DNA from: Camelus dromedarius
Lineage: Eukaryota
Assembly: GCF_036321535.1 (NCBI RefSeq)
Contig: NC_087437.1
Coordinates: 15,998,001 to 16,062,000 of the forward strand
Reading direction: 5' to 3'
Length of the DNA stretch: 64,000 bases
Part shown: in pieces, positions 36,430-48,689 of the stretch
How positions within the stretch are numbered: position 1 is the first letter of the stretch
How the letters are laid out: every line of letters starts with the position of its first letter
Program-made: the position numbers and the translations under genes
Notes under the pieces: generated by a model
What the model was told of the DNA's origin: nothing
The model's input: only the letters and a program-made list of their open reading frames with translations
The model's database searches: none

Positions 36430-36585
36430 CCTGCCCTGCAGGGATGTTCAAGGCCAGCCAGGAAGCTGAGGGCTGCTCGCACTGCCCCTCCAACAGCCGA
36501 TCCCCTTCAGAGGCATCTCCCATCTGCACCTGCCGGACTGGCTACTACCGAGCGGATTTTGACCCCCCGGAAGTGGCATGTACTA
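36430..36585 (+). CDS. EPHB1: EPHB1 internal coding exon (exon 4 by human numbering), EGF-like/Cys-rich ectodomain segment
   Basis: Acceptor ttccag ends at 36429 and donor gtaagt starts at 36586. The exon is 156 bp, phase 1-1. It translates as (A)CPAGMFKASQEAEGCSHCPSNSRSPSEASPICTCRTGYYRADFDPPEVACT(S), which matches the recalled EPHB1 sequence. Confidence 0.97.
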
Positions 36586-39290
36586 GTAAGTGTCTAGTAA
36601 GGGTTCTGGGCTGGGGAGTTTGGTTTCCTGACAGTACAAGTGGTGGGCGAGGAGGACTTAAGACATCATCCTCCAGTTGCAGTAGTACAAAGCAGAGATG
36701 CAGGCTGTGGTGCTGAAACGGACAGCTCCCGTGCCTGGCTTGCATGCAGAACCCCCTCAAGATTATGTGCTTTCTTTGCTCCCTCCTTCCAGATGGGAGG
36801 GCCTTCCTCCTACCCAAGCGAGACAACTTCTGTCCACCTGATGGTTAAAAAATGCCAAATGGAGAGTTCTTTGTGTGCAAAGTCAAAATGCATTGGATAT
36901 TGCAACAATTCTTAGCAACTATTCCAGTCACGTCCTTCAAGAAGCCCCCTTGGTCTTGACAGCTGAGAATATCCTCTCTTTTCATTGGACTTCCTGTATC
37001 TCTGTGACCAGGCTCCCCTCAGAACTCTCATGATTTTGTTAAATGTCCAATTATTCTGTACCTACTGTCTTGGTTACCAAATGAAGGTCCTGTGTGCTGG
37101 GTTCATAGATTCATCTCCCTGTGTCCCTTCTAGTGCCTAGCATGGTGCATCCATGCCTCTACTAATGACTAGACCAGAGTCGTGGCCAGTGTGTATCTCT
37201 GAGGCTAACATTCTAGGGGCTGGGGCTAGTGCATCGGCTCCACCTCTTTGCCACTCTCTGCTGCAGAGGGAAAAACAGTCATCCTGCCAAAAGTGCAACT
37301 CCACTCCCTAGAGAGGGGTGGGGGAGGGAGAGTTTCCTCCCCATCTTCTCCTTCGTAATTCATAATCGTGGGGAGACTGGAAGCACTACACTCTCTGCAC
37401 AGCACTTTTGAGAACTTGCTCCTCCTCTCCTAAGTGTTGCAGCCTTGAAATAGGAATGCCTTTTCTTTTCAGTATTCCTGTTGCATTCAGAAGTCAGTGC
37501 TCCAGCTTAACTTCTAATTGTGATAGAAGTTTCTCCTGTGTTCCGTGCTGTTGTCTGAATCCCTGTGAGGGAGGATCTTCCCTTCACTTCCTCTCACCAA
37601 ACTCCTTCTGCCCAACCCCCACAAAGAAGGACACAGAGGAAACATTTCATACCTCCTTCCAGTTTGATGGACAGAAAAAAAAATGACTGAACTCTTGAGT
37701 AGAAAAATTTCTTAATTCTGGCCTTGCAGTATATATCACCTTTGCTGGATAAAAAAAGAATGACAGTGTCTTCTAGATCCAGATCCTAAGGTCAATCAAT
37801 GCTTATAGATTGGAACTGAGGAAAAGCTTACCCTCTTGTAAACTGATTTTTTCCCAGACCTCCCTCTCGGGTAGGTAGGTATGAACAGAAGTGATTCCAT
37901 TTCTGCTGACTAGAGTCCCCGGCTTTTGGTTGTGGTATCCTCTCTTACTGATTTCTGAGGTTTCCCTGTGCATCCCTGTGAGCCTAAGAAGCATTCTTTA
38001 ATGTACTTCTTACTGTCTGCATGTCCAGACCGAGGACCAGTCTCTGTGTTGCCAAAGCCCACGCTCTCACAGCTTCCCTCCTGAAAACTTTCCCTTCCAC
38101 TTCTGCTTATGGATCCCCTCTCACTGGCCAGGCTCTTTGCAGAGCAATGCATGCAAAAAGAAGTCTAGGCTCCCAGCTTCCCACCTCAGCAGACACACCC
38201 TGTAAATCCATCCAGCCCCTGGATAAGGTCACCTAGAGAGGTCAGCCAGTGGCCAGCAGCTCAGAATGCTGACGTGGAGCTCCTTGCTAAATAGCACCTC
38301 TCCCACCTACCTGTCACCTGATGCCTCCTGTCTCCCTCTCTGCCACCTGACCTGATGCACTTGAACCAACAGACCCGACTCCTGGCATAAATAAGAACAT
38401 CTCAGAGCCTTCACTCTGCACCTTGTAGATACTCACGCCGCTTTGCCTACCCATATCCTGAGTCCATGTCATTAAAGTCAGACCCCACCCCCACCCCAGG
38501 CTTTTCTCTCCAATCCTGGTCCAGCCAGCGATGAGTTAGTCACAGCTTCCCAACCTCTATGTCCCGCTACCACCTCCCCACCTCACCCAGAGTGCGGGTG
38601 AGGGCTGGACGTACCCGTGAGTGTCACCACACCCTGCACACAGCGCTGTGCTCTTTCACCCCTGAAAGAAGAGCGCTAGGGTCAGACTGGAAATCCCTGA
38701 ATCAGAGCCACCCTTGTCTGTGGAGGTCGGGCCAGGAGCAGCTCAGGGACGCATTGTCCAGCTCCCAGCCCCGGCCTGCAGGGGCAAGCACTTGGTGAGA
38801 GGACCCACAAGCCGGGCTGGGCAGCAGCACAATGCTAGGCAAAACATGTGTAAATAAACCTATTATTTTATTGAGTCTCATTATGTATTTGATTTATATG
38901 TGCCAGGGAAGTACTGTATGAAAAAGTCAATTTGTTGGCTTTTATAATCTCATTAGGGTTTCCTTTTAAAGCATTCTAATTGGAGGTGCCATCTGTTCTC
39001 TTAAAAAGGCACCGCACATCACCACAGTAATAATTTTTCAGATACAAGGAGCATATCTGGGTATGTTGAGGCCAAGCACAGCCCTGCACCGCGGCCTGGG
39101 GGCCCGGCTGGTTCTGCTGGTGGAGCAAGGTGTCCAGCATGGCCTGGCCAGCTGCCAGGGGTGGTCAGGGAGGGGAGGGCGCAGGTGCTTGCTCACCTTG
39201 CAAGTGCAGCCCTCTGTCCAGCCAAGCAGGAGATGGTGACGGCCTGGTGGGGCATGGGGAGGACCCAGGGAAAGGGGAGCTCTGCCCTTC

Positions 39291-39373
39291 TTTTGCTTTG
39301 TTCTGTTCTTTTTTGTGGGGGGACCTCATGCATGCTAAGCATGTGCTCTAGCACTCAGCTATACCTTCCCCTC
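39291..39373 (-). mobile_element. Internally deleted tRNA-Ala-derived SINE (Vic-1-like)
   Basis: 'gacctcatgcatgctaagcatgtgctctagcactcagctatacc' is close to 62330-62375. The T-rich tail joins directly and the T-arm/B box is missing. Confidence 0.8.
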
Positions 39374-40699
39374 CTCTTCCTTCTAATATGTACAGGACGG
39401 TGGACATCTGAAGTGTCTAGGTCCAGTGGGAGTCAGGGAAAGGGGGCACAGTTTTGGAAGCACACAGGAGCCCAGGCCTCAAAGTCTACAAGGGCCTCAG
39501 GTGTGGCCTGTTGCCACCGTCTTTACATAAGGTTGTATCAATAGGCATTCACTGACAATATTGAAAATTTTATAAAGAATCGTACAATATAAAATGCACT
39601 TTTTTCCAAAGCGGAAATATCTATAGTGTGCTAAAATTTAACATTTTTTAATGATTCCTGTTAATCTCATGAAACAGCACATATATATTCATTGTATTTT
39701 TTATAGTGTTAAATGTGTTAATTTATTCTAAGATAATCTAAACGTTTAGAATGCATGATAACTTTTGAAGCCCTGTGTGGGCATTTCTTCATTTTTTTCT
39801 TAATCTCCTGGGAGAGCCTGGGATCTCCTGGACCTCTGAGAGGCCGTGGCAGCCCTGTGTGTCCAGCCTTATTCTTGATTTAACAGGAACTGGGGTGCAT
39901 CCCAAGGCTGCTTCAAAGGGCCTGGGGTGGGCTCCAAGTGAACTCAGAGAACGGGGGCATAGGGAGCTCTGTGTCTAAGTCTGTGATGATGTTCCTGCTG
40001 CTGGTCTGGGGACACTCAGCTTTTTCCTTTTTCTTCATCCTCCTCACACCTCTGCCAGGCTTGGGGTCCTCGATCTGCTGCATCAGTGCCTGGCTGACTG
40101 CCCCCTTGTCCGTGGCCCTGTATGCTCATGTTGAGGAAGAGGCCTTGTCCCCCGACAGACTTGGGAGGGAAGGAGGGGAGGGAAGACTGAGAAGGCTGAT
40201 GTGAGGCTTTAGGATGCATACTGCCATGTGTCAGGGCTGCCCTCAGAGAAAGAGGGACAGCTAAGCCATGGATGGAATGAGGTGGGAGCTTGGAGGATTG
40301 CTAGAGGCAGGTCATATAGGTGGGCCTGGCCCTCCCTGCTAACCTAACCCTCTGAAAGAAGCCAGGCTACATGGAGTGGACAGTGGGGGCCACCTTTAAT
40401 GAGGAGAAGTTACCAAAGGGCCACTTACAGCAGAGGGGAGGGGGAGAGGTCAAGGGGATGGTGCAGCTCCACCAGCCGGGAGGGGTTGAGAAGTTTGTGG
40501 GCTGAGGAGCCGACTCTCAACTTGAGGTTTACTGAGCTTCAGATGAGGAAGCTGCCACCTTCCTTCTCCCTCCCTGGGGCCCCCCGGGGAGTTCTGGCAT
40601 CCCCAGACTGCTCCAACCTTGAGTGGGTCCTGGGAATGCTTACTGAATTATCAGTCTTCGTGAAGCACTGGAAAGGTGGGCTTGGCACGGCCCATACGA

Positions 40700-40900
40700 A
40701 TATTTGAATCTTGACTCTGTCTGGTACCTTCTCTGTGACCTTGAGCTAATTTCTTAACTTTCTTACACTCTGTCCTTTTCTTCTCACAACCTCATAATAA
40801 TGTGTGCCTTTCTGGGTTGTTATGAGGATTAAGCAAAACAGTATGATGGAGTCTTTGGCAGAGCGCCTGGTTCATAGTAAACTCTCAATCAATGTTAGAA
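40700..40900 (+). mobile_element. MIR SINE
   Basis: 'gggttgttatgaggattaagc...gcctggttcatagtaaactctcaatcaatgttag'. Confidence 0.75.
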
Positions 40901-42602
40901 CTTGCTGTGGTTACATCCCTGGAAAGTGTGAAGATTGCAGCGGATATGGAGGCTTCCAGCACGATAGGAGATCTAAAAATAAAAGTGACATCCTCAGGGG
41001 GTGGAGTACAGGTTTCACGCCGGCCCTGAGAGTCACAGCAGAATCCACCGTGTGGCTCAGGTCATAGTCACCAGTCACCTCGGCCTGGAGATCCCAAAGA
41101 AAACAAGTGAGAAGGTGGTGGCCACCGTGAGCAGACATGCTGTGGGAGAAAGAGGGAGGTGCCGGTGGAGCATCTGAGACCTCCGGATGTTGCCACGCCC
41201 TCTCCTCTGGGACCGAAGCTGGACAGGAGTGGCGAGATGGACTTTCAGTCCTCAGGGAGCAAGGGCTCAGTGACTCCTCAGGGTCAGACAAGCATGTTTC
41301 ACAGGAGGATCTGATGGCTCTGGAGGTGTGCTGGGCGGGACCAGGTAGAGAGAGGCAGGAGCCAGGAACGCGCGGGAGGAAGTGCCTGGCAACGTGAAAC
41401 CAAGCACCGAAATGGATGTCTTTCAGTTTTAAATAATTTCTATTTATGGGGAGACGAAATGGGAAGGAGGAATTTATGAAGCAAGTGAAAATAGATAATT
41501 ATGCCTTATAAAATTGCTGTCTGCCAAAAACCATGCGGAAGGATTGGTGTAAAAATAATTATCTTGTTACATTTCTGACCACAGAAACCTTTTTTTTCTA
41601 TCACTCACGTGGGACAAACTTTGATGGATCACAGAGACAAGCTAGTGCTTGTCCTGGTTCTTTATTTCTTCTCTAGATGCAATGGGTTTCCCTCTGATCA
41701 TGGAAGTGGAATGAAGAAGGGGCTTTAGAGGTCACTGTCTTATCCCTGGACCTGCCTGCTGTCCCCTCCCACCAGAGGCACAATGTCGGCTAGCCCTCTG
41801 GGATTGCCCAGTGACTATCCCTGACCTCCCTCCTGACTCCCACAGAGAGGCCGGGAACCTGAGGGACAAGGCAGGGGCTTTGGGTGTAGAGCCTGAAGGC
41901 ATGTGACCTGGGGCAGGTGACAGCCTCTGTGAACAGGGGCTTCTTGTGGACAGATCTGGGCATGATGGAACCCAAATTAGGAGGTTGTGAGAATTAAATG
42001 ACAGGATGTCAGCGAAGCCCCAAGATAAACACTCAGGTCTGTCTGCCTCCAAGGGCACAACCTCACACACAGTGAGAACTAGAATTTGGCAGGCTTCAGG
42101 AGGACGCTGTCACTGGTTGTGGTGGTGACGGTGGTTTGCTGTCACTCTCACTCTTGAATCTGCCTCCTACAGAGAAGGATAAGAATCCATTCTTCCCTCT
42201 CCCATCTCTGCGTAATCCCATGTCTCTTTTTTAAGCTCATGTTTCATCCTTTAAGGGGCTGGCAGCTGTCCCTCTCTTTCATCCCAATCATCCCGGTGCA
42301 GCAGGGTGGTCCTTATGATGCCAGGAACTTGCTTCTTGGATGGCCCGCCCAGAAGTGTGACATTGCTCAGAGCCCGGTCTTTCTAGGCAGGCTGGGTGGA
42401 AGGGAGAGCAGAGTACCAGGGCCAGAGGGTGGAATGAACCTTGGGATAAGAAAGGAGGAAGTCCTCTGCAGCCAGGTCTGATGGCCTTCGTGATGTTGTG
42501 AAAAGTCTGTAAGGACATCAGATAATACTCTCCTTCTACTATCTCGGGTCCTGCTGGCTCATGCTTGACAAGCTGGCCAGTGATGGCTTGTTTCCTTTAT
42601 AG

Positions 42603-42805
42603 CAGTGGCTTTCACATGCAGTCCTTGGACAAGCAGCCTCAGTGCCCCCAGGGAACCTGTTAGAAACACAGATTCTCAGCCCCTCCCTAGACCTCCTGAA
42701 TGAGAGGCTCTGGGGATGGAGAGTGGGGCAGGGGAAGAGGCAGAGACCTGAGTTTTAACAAGACCTCCAAGTGATTCCGAAGCTCGCCAAAGTTTGAGAA
42801 CATTG
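42603..42805. mobile_element. MER5A hAT-Charlie DNA transposon (opposite orientation to 28057-28231)
   Basis: cagtggctttca...tgagaacattg with internal 'gttagaaacacagattctcagcccctccctagacctcctgaa'. Flanks ctttatag / ctttagaa match at 6/8. Confidence 0.85.
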
Positions 42806-44914
42806 CTTTAGAATTGGGTCGTGTTTCTCTGTCCTCTGCTTTGTGATTCCTGGGGAGAAAGGACATTGAGTGAATACCTACAGACTGAAACCACAGGCCC
42901 TACTCCTCCCCATCCATGTCCCATGTACCAGGTGGGGAGAGTGAGACAGAGACAGAGAGACAGAGAGGGACTGAATACCTGCCTGAGGAAGAGGAGCGGT
43001 TGGGTGTGATATGAGGGCGAATATGTGAGTGTGTGCCTGTGTTTGCCTGTTTCCAGCATCTCACTAGCTCTCAGAACCACCCTCATGTGCTCTCGCTCTG
43101 TTTTCATCACATTCTCACTCTTGGGTGGTTGGAGCCGTGTGGGGACCTCCAAAGTCCAACATCAGCTGGGGCTGGGTGCAGTGATAGGGGAGAGAGTGGA
43201 AACCAGCGAGCACAACCTGGCCAGGTGGACTCAGGGAGGGCTGAGGGGGAAACAAAGGCAGAAGCAAAGTGACTGGTGGGGACCATTCACCTGAGCTCAG
43301 ACGGGCAATCAGGTGGGCAGAGGGATGGGTCATTGGCCTCACTCCTCAGGTGGTCCTCCACCCCACCCAGCAGGAAATAGGTCCAGAGGAAGCCTCTGGG
43401 GACCACCACAGCAGGGAGGGGCCCCTCAGGCCAGTATGGCACGAAGGTCCCCCAGGGCGGCAAACATTCCACAGAGCACAGGAATCCTGTATTACTATTT
43501 GGGGACTGCTGACTCACTGGCCTACGTGCCTACACATTGGGGATGATTTTAAAGACTTTTCAAAAGTTAACCCTTTCAGAAGCATCAACCTCTTCATCTA
43601 GGAGTTGCAACCTATTAAAGATGAACTCAAGGTCAGCTTCACCCACTGCTGAGCAGGGCTTTAGTAAAAGAGCCACCAGGTGCCGCTTTCCATGCGTGAA
43701 GTTGCTGCTTGGTTTTACCCTGATATGTAATCCACACTGCACATAAAACATATCATTTGTGCTTTTGAGGGGGAGATAATCTGTGTTTTCCTTGACCTGA
43801 AATTCCATCAAAGGTCACAGATGAACAAGAGTCATAGGGTAAGCTGACTCTCGGAGTGCCTGGGTTTGGATCACATAAACACCTGGATGCAGAGTTGAAG
43901 GAGTGTGACGGCGAGCTGAAAGCTATTTATAACTGTCACTGCTGTTTCAAGAAGGGTCAGTGTGGCCTGTGTACACAGGCGTTCACACTTCTATAATCTA
44001 CAATTTCTTTTCACAGTTGTTGGACCCACGTGGGTGGAACCCTTAGGAGGCATTGTCTAGGTCTAAGTTTTAAGCTGATAGCCGGGCATGGGCGCTGACG
44101 TGTCTGTTTCAGCTTTTCATCTTAAGAGCGTTTCACCTTACGGGCATTTGGAGTCACAGATTATTAACACTCAGAGCAGCCTTGTCAGTCCTGCCACCCA
44201 AACTCCTCCCTGGGGTCAGCTCAGTCTCTCCAGTAACCCTGAGAGGTAGTCATTCCATTTTTATTTTTCTGAATATCTGTGATGGCAGATAGCTGATCTG
44301 TTTTGCAGAGCGGCTCCCGTCCGCTGCTAGACAGCCATCACTCATCACTGTCAGAGGAATTTTCTGGACCTTGGATTGGCCACTGCCTCCCAGCCCTCCT
44401 CACCGTTGGTCCACCATTGAGGACCAATGTTCTGCAGGCGGGAGCAGTGGTTCCAATGCTTAAGAACAACTTTCTCATCCTTTGTTAATCACCTGCTGTA
44501 GCCTAAACATCTGTTATGTTATCCTGAGCCCCGGTGTCCCGGCTTTCCTGAATCTCTCACAATTATCAGTACAACTCGTAAAATACAGCAGACAGGATGA
44601 AACATATGACGCTCACCCCCAAGCAGGGTCCAGTGGAAGCACGGTGGGTTTTCTCCTGTGTCTGGGATACGGTTGATTGTTCACGTTGGTTGCAGCCTCT
44701 CACACTGTGGGCTCCGACAAGACTTTTTGACCCCTAAACATTCAGAGTTTTTATTTGTCCTTCAGGAAATGCTGCCCACTTGGATTTCCTGTTTTCTGCC
44801 CTTAGACGTGTAACTTCAGTCATTTTGCCTTGTGGATCTAGACATATGCTCATTCAAGTATAGATCATGGTGAAAACTGATTTTAGAGTCTTTCAAATGA
44901 CAAGTGTTAGCTAA

Positions 44915-45165
44915 TTGTTCGGAGTGTGGGCTCTGGTGTCTGTGTGCTGCGGTCTGGATTCAAGAGCTGCTCTGACACTTGCCAGCTGTGTGATGTGGGG
45001 CAAGTGACAAGGCTTCTCTGTGTCTCCATTTTCTCATTCATAAAGTAGATATAATATTAGCACTTGCCTCACTGTTCTATCAAGGGTATTGAAGGTAGTA
45101 AGACTATTTAGAACAGTGTTTGGCATATAGGAAGCTGTCCATGAAAGTAAGCTATTTTATTTTAT
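44915..45165 (+). mobile_element. Near full-length MIR
   Basis: 'cacttgccagctgtgtgatgtggggcaagtgac...ttagaacagtgtttggcatatagg'. Confidence 0.85.
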
Positions 45166-45939
45166 TACTATTATTGGAGTTGCCCACCCTACTTTTATGC
45201 TGTTTTCAAAGCAGTTACAATCTGAGCATTGGAGTTACCATTTAGCTAACGTTTCTTCTTTTGGTCCACAAGTATCTATGTACTTTTTTCAGTTACCATT
45301 ATTGAAATCCAGGTATGCTCTCTACATCCTTTTTCTCTAAAGGCTCATAAACTTTTAGACAAAGAAGCAGTGTCACTTGGCCTGATGTATACCGAGAGCC
45401 CCATGCTGATTTTTGGCACTGTTTCCTTGAGGCTCTCAAAGCACTGATTTAACTATGAAGTTTTAGAAGTAGGAGGGGTTGAGGTAAAATTTATTCATTT
45501 AATCTATTCTCTTCTCTATTTTGAAAATCAGAACAAAGCTGTCTACCCCGTGGCTCTAGGATCCTCTGTTGTCATGAATGCACCTTGGTGGCCTTCAGGC
45601 AATGGCTCTGATGTCTAATTTGCAGACTCTGGTCCCAGGCGGGGCTGGTCTGGGATGGATGCGGGAACTTGATGGCAGCTGTAGCTCAGGGCTCTTAAAT
45701 CTTCCCTGCTCCAATTCTCCTCCTCAAAGGAGAAGACAGTCAGGGGCGAACGGCTCTGCCTCCTCTGTCCTCTGCCAGCGTCTTACCTCATCCCCAGGAA
45801 AGAAGTTGCATGCCCTGAATATTCTATTCAGATCTGTTCAGGTGTAGGGCTTTCTCTGTGCAGCTGTTGACAGGGTGATCTGATTTTTCTACCCCTTCTG
45901 TGCTCATATATGTAGGTGCCCAACAGGGGCAAGTCATCA

Positions 45940-46130
45940 GAGCTCTGCTGTTGGCATCAGGTAGACCAGCGTTGACTCTTGGCCCCACGCCTCCATTGCC
46001 TGGGTTACTTAACCTCTCTGAACCTCTGTTCTTTTCTATAGAATGAGGATATTGTTTATTATTGTGCCAGTTGTGGTGATGTATGTCACTAACTCAGTAA
46101 CAGACAAATGGTCAGTGCTCAGTAAATTGT
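45940..46130 (+). mobile_element. MIR SINE
   Basis: 'ggttacttaacctctctgaacctctgttcttttctatagaatgagg...gtgctcagtaaat'. Confidence 0.7.
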
Positions 46131-48169
46131 TGTCTTTTGTTTTGGTTGTTACGAATAAGGTTTGAGTCATATCTGAATTGCACAGTCCAAAATAAGAATG
46201 GAAAAAAATGTAGGGAAATGGACATTTTAGAGCAATTGCTTCTAGAGAGCCACCCTAGGTTGGCTGGGTCCAGACACCGACACTCCCTTCTCCATCCCAT
46301 CATGATGTGATCACAAATCTGTGTATCACCTGTGCAGACCATCTTGGTTCCCAGCTCCTCACAGGTGGACCCCAGCTGTGACTAGGGTCCTGGTCCCCCT
46401 CTTCCCCCCTCTTCCACCCATGTAACCCAGAATCAGATCCTGATCCAATTCTGAACCAGAGGCCAAGCCCAGGTTTCATAGTAGGATCATATCTCGGATG
46501 TATCTCACCTCTGGCCAGTGTCCTCTTTGCAGTCACCTTCCAAGGTCACCCCTGCCAGTCAGTCCTGGAAACTACATGGACCCACTGTATGCCACTGCTA
46601 CTGATCACTGACCTTGTGCCTGCGTCAGCTTCAGAACCCACCCTCAACTCCATTACACTCGGTGGGGTCCCTGGCTCCAATCCGTTGGTCATTCCCTGAA
46701 CCCCCAGCTGCCGTATTGGAAACTTGGTACCAGCCAACATTTTCCCAAACAATGACTGTGATCTTCCAGATTTCCTGGTTTGGTAACACGTGTGGATGCA
46801 GCAAGGCAGCCAGGATCAGAGACCCACAAACGTCACTGATGGCTTCACTGGGGTGTGACAAAGACCAGGGGCCCCACGTGTCTTTAACTCTCATCAGAGA
46901 TTTAGAAGGAAGCGACTTTCAACTTCATGTAGGGATAGATTCTATCTAAACAGCATCCTAGAGAGCAAACCCTCCTGAGTAATTAGTGATCTTCCCCAAC
47001 TGGAAGTGTACAAAGAAGGCTGGTGATGCCTGCCAAGAGGGCTCCTGATTGTGTGGGAAGTTGGGTGAAGTAGAAAGAGATGGATCTCATGGTTAGTTTG
47101 GGTGTGTCCGTGAGCTCTGGATTATGTGTGGCGTAGGATCAGGACACCAGCATTTTGTAGTGATTTGTTTTGAAACTCTGTGTTGTTCTTCTGAGAAACT
47201 TTCCACACAATTGGCTCTAAAGTGCCCCATCGGAGCCAGACACCTGATACGGGGTTGGCTGTGGGCTGGAAGGCTGGACGCCTCTGTGAGTAAATGGTCA
47301 CGGTGGACTTCGCAGAGAAAGAGCAGTCTGCAGTCCCAAGTCAATAGTGCAAGGGCTGGGATTCTTTCCAGCTTGTGCCAGAGACCACCTCCGCCCTGCT
47401 CAGTCAAGGTACTCTTGACTCTGAAGCCACATTAAGAAGGGTGGCTTTTCTCACGGGTTGGCAGGTAGAGGGCTAGAAGCCACCTGGACACAAAGGTTGC
47501 TCTGTCCTCACTCCCCATTGTGTGGAGAGAAGGCTGGGGCAATGGTAGTAATGGGGTGCTGCCCCGCCCCCAGCTCAGCCCCCTATGGCTATGGGCTTAG
47601 ACTTGTAGGAGATGCTCAAGGTGGCCTTTTGAACAGCTCCTCTGGGATACTTCTAGGCTCTGCTCACCTTGGAAAGGGTAATACAGGATGCTCAGCAGTG
47701 CAGAGTGGAGTGAAGCCAGCATGGCAGCTGTGTACTGAGATGCGGCTCGGTGCAGGCTGGCTCTGCTGGACCAGATGTGCACAGAAGGTGGGTGGTTGGG
47801 GAAAAGGGGCAGGTGGGCGATGGGAAGCCACGGTCACCACAAAACCCTGCCAGTGCTCAGTGAGCGGAGCTCGAGAACCATTTGGTTCCCCCAAAAAGGA
47901 TGCTGTCTGCTGGCCAGCAGGGGGGAACTTGTATGTGGGGCGAGAATTCACTCTCCCAGTACGTGAAGGGCAGGCCTTGTGCTGGTGCCTGTGAAAGGGG
48001 TGCAGGCAGCTCTGATGAGGTTAGCCATGCCCATGCCTGCACCCCCGGCACGGGGAAGGCTGTGCACAACCACAGCCTAGGGCAGAGCCCAAGTCTGTGT
48101 GCCTGATCCTGGCCCCCACTGACTACGACCAGCTGTAAGTGTGTTAACAGTCAGCCTAGCATAATAGCT

Positions 48170-48365
48170 GGCACTGATTACGGTCCTACTGCAGTTAGGC
48201 TGTGCTAAGAGCCCTGACGTGGATTTTCTCAATCTCACACAGTGTAAGATAGCTGCTACTATTATTCCCAATTTGTAGATGAAAAAACTGAGGCCCGGAA
48301 GGGCCAAGTGACCTGCCCTAGCTCACACGTTAGTGAGCGGCAGGGTCCAATTTCCACTCTGGCCT
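48170..48365 (-). mobile_element. MIR SINE
   Basis: 'attattcccaatttgtagatgaaaaaactgaggcccggaagggccaagtgacctgcc'. Confidence 0.8.
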
Positions 48366-48689
48366 GACTGGGTTCAGGGCTCCTTACCCTCGGGGCTGGG
48401 CTGCGTCCCTCGGGAAGGAGGGCCGCTGCCTCCGAGCTGGCCTGATGCCAACCTGACGATCCCACCCAAGGAAGACCGTGAAGGATCGAATTTCATTGGT
48501 CAAGGCTCATCGTGTGATCTGTGTGCAAGTGGCTGGGAAATGTGTCTTTAATGAGACTAGGGAAGAGAGGAGAATTGTGGGTGGGGAGGTGGGAGGTGGG
48601 AGGTGTAGGGGTGTGGTGTGTGGAGGCAGTGACCTCTGCTGTGTTAGCCAGACCCTGAGGTTCAGCCCACTGTTCAGGTCAACAGTATT

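Noticed and set aside
44230..44900. Possible L3/CR1 remnant (also about 46980-47030)
   Set aside because: The similarity to the recalled consensus is too weak to set boundaries by eye.
47911..47928. CTCF-like motifs (TGGCCAGCAGGGGGG; also about 60460 and 32563)
   Set aside because: Each lacks the strongly conserved C of the GGC core. Not supportable without ChIP data.
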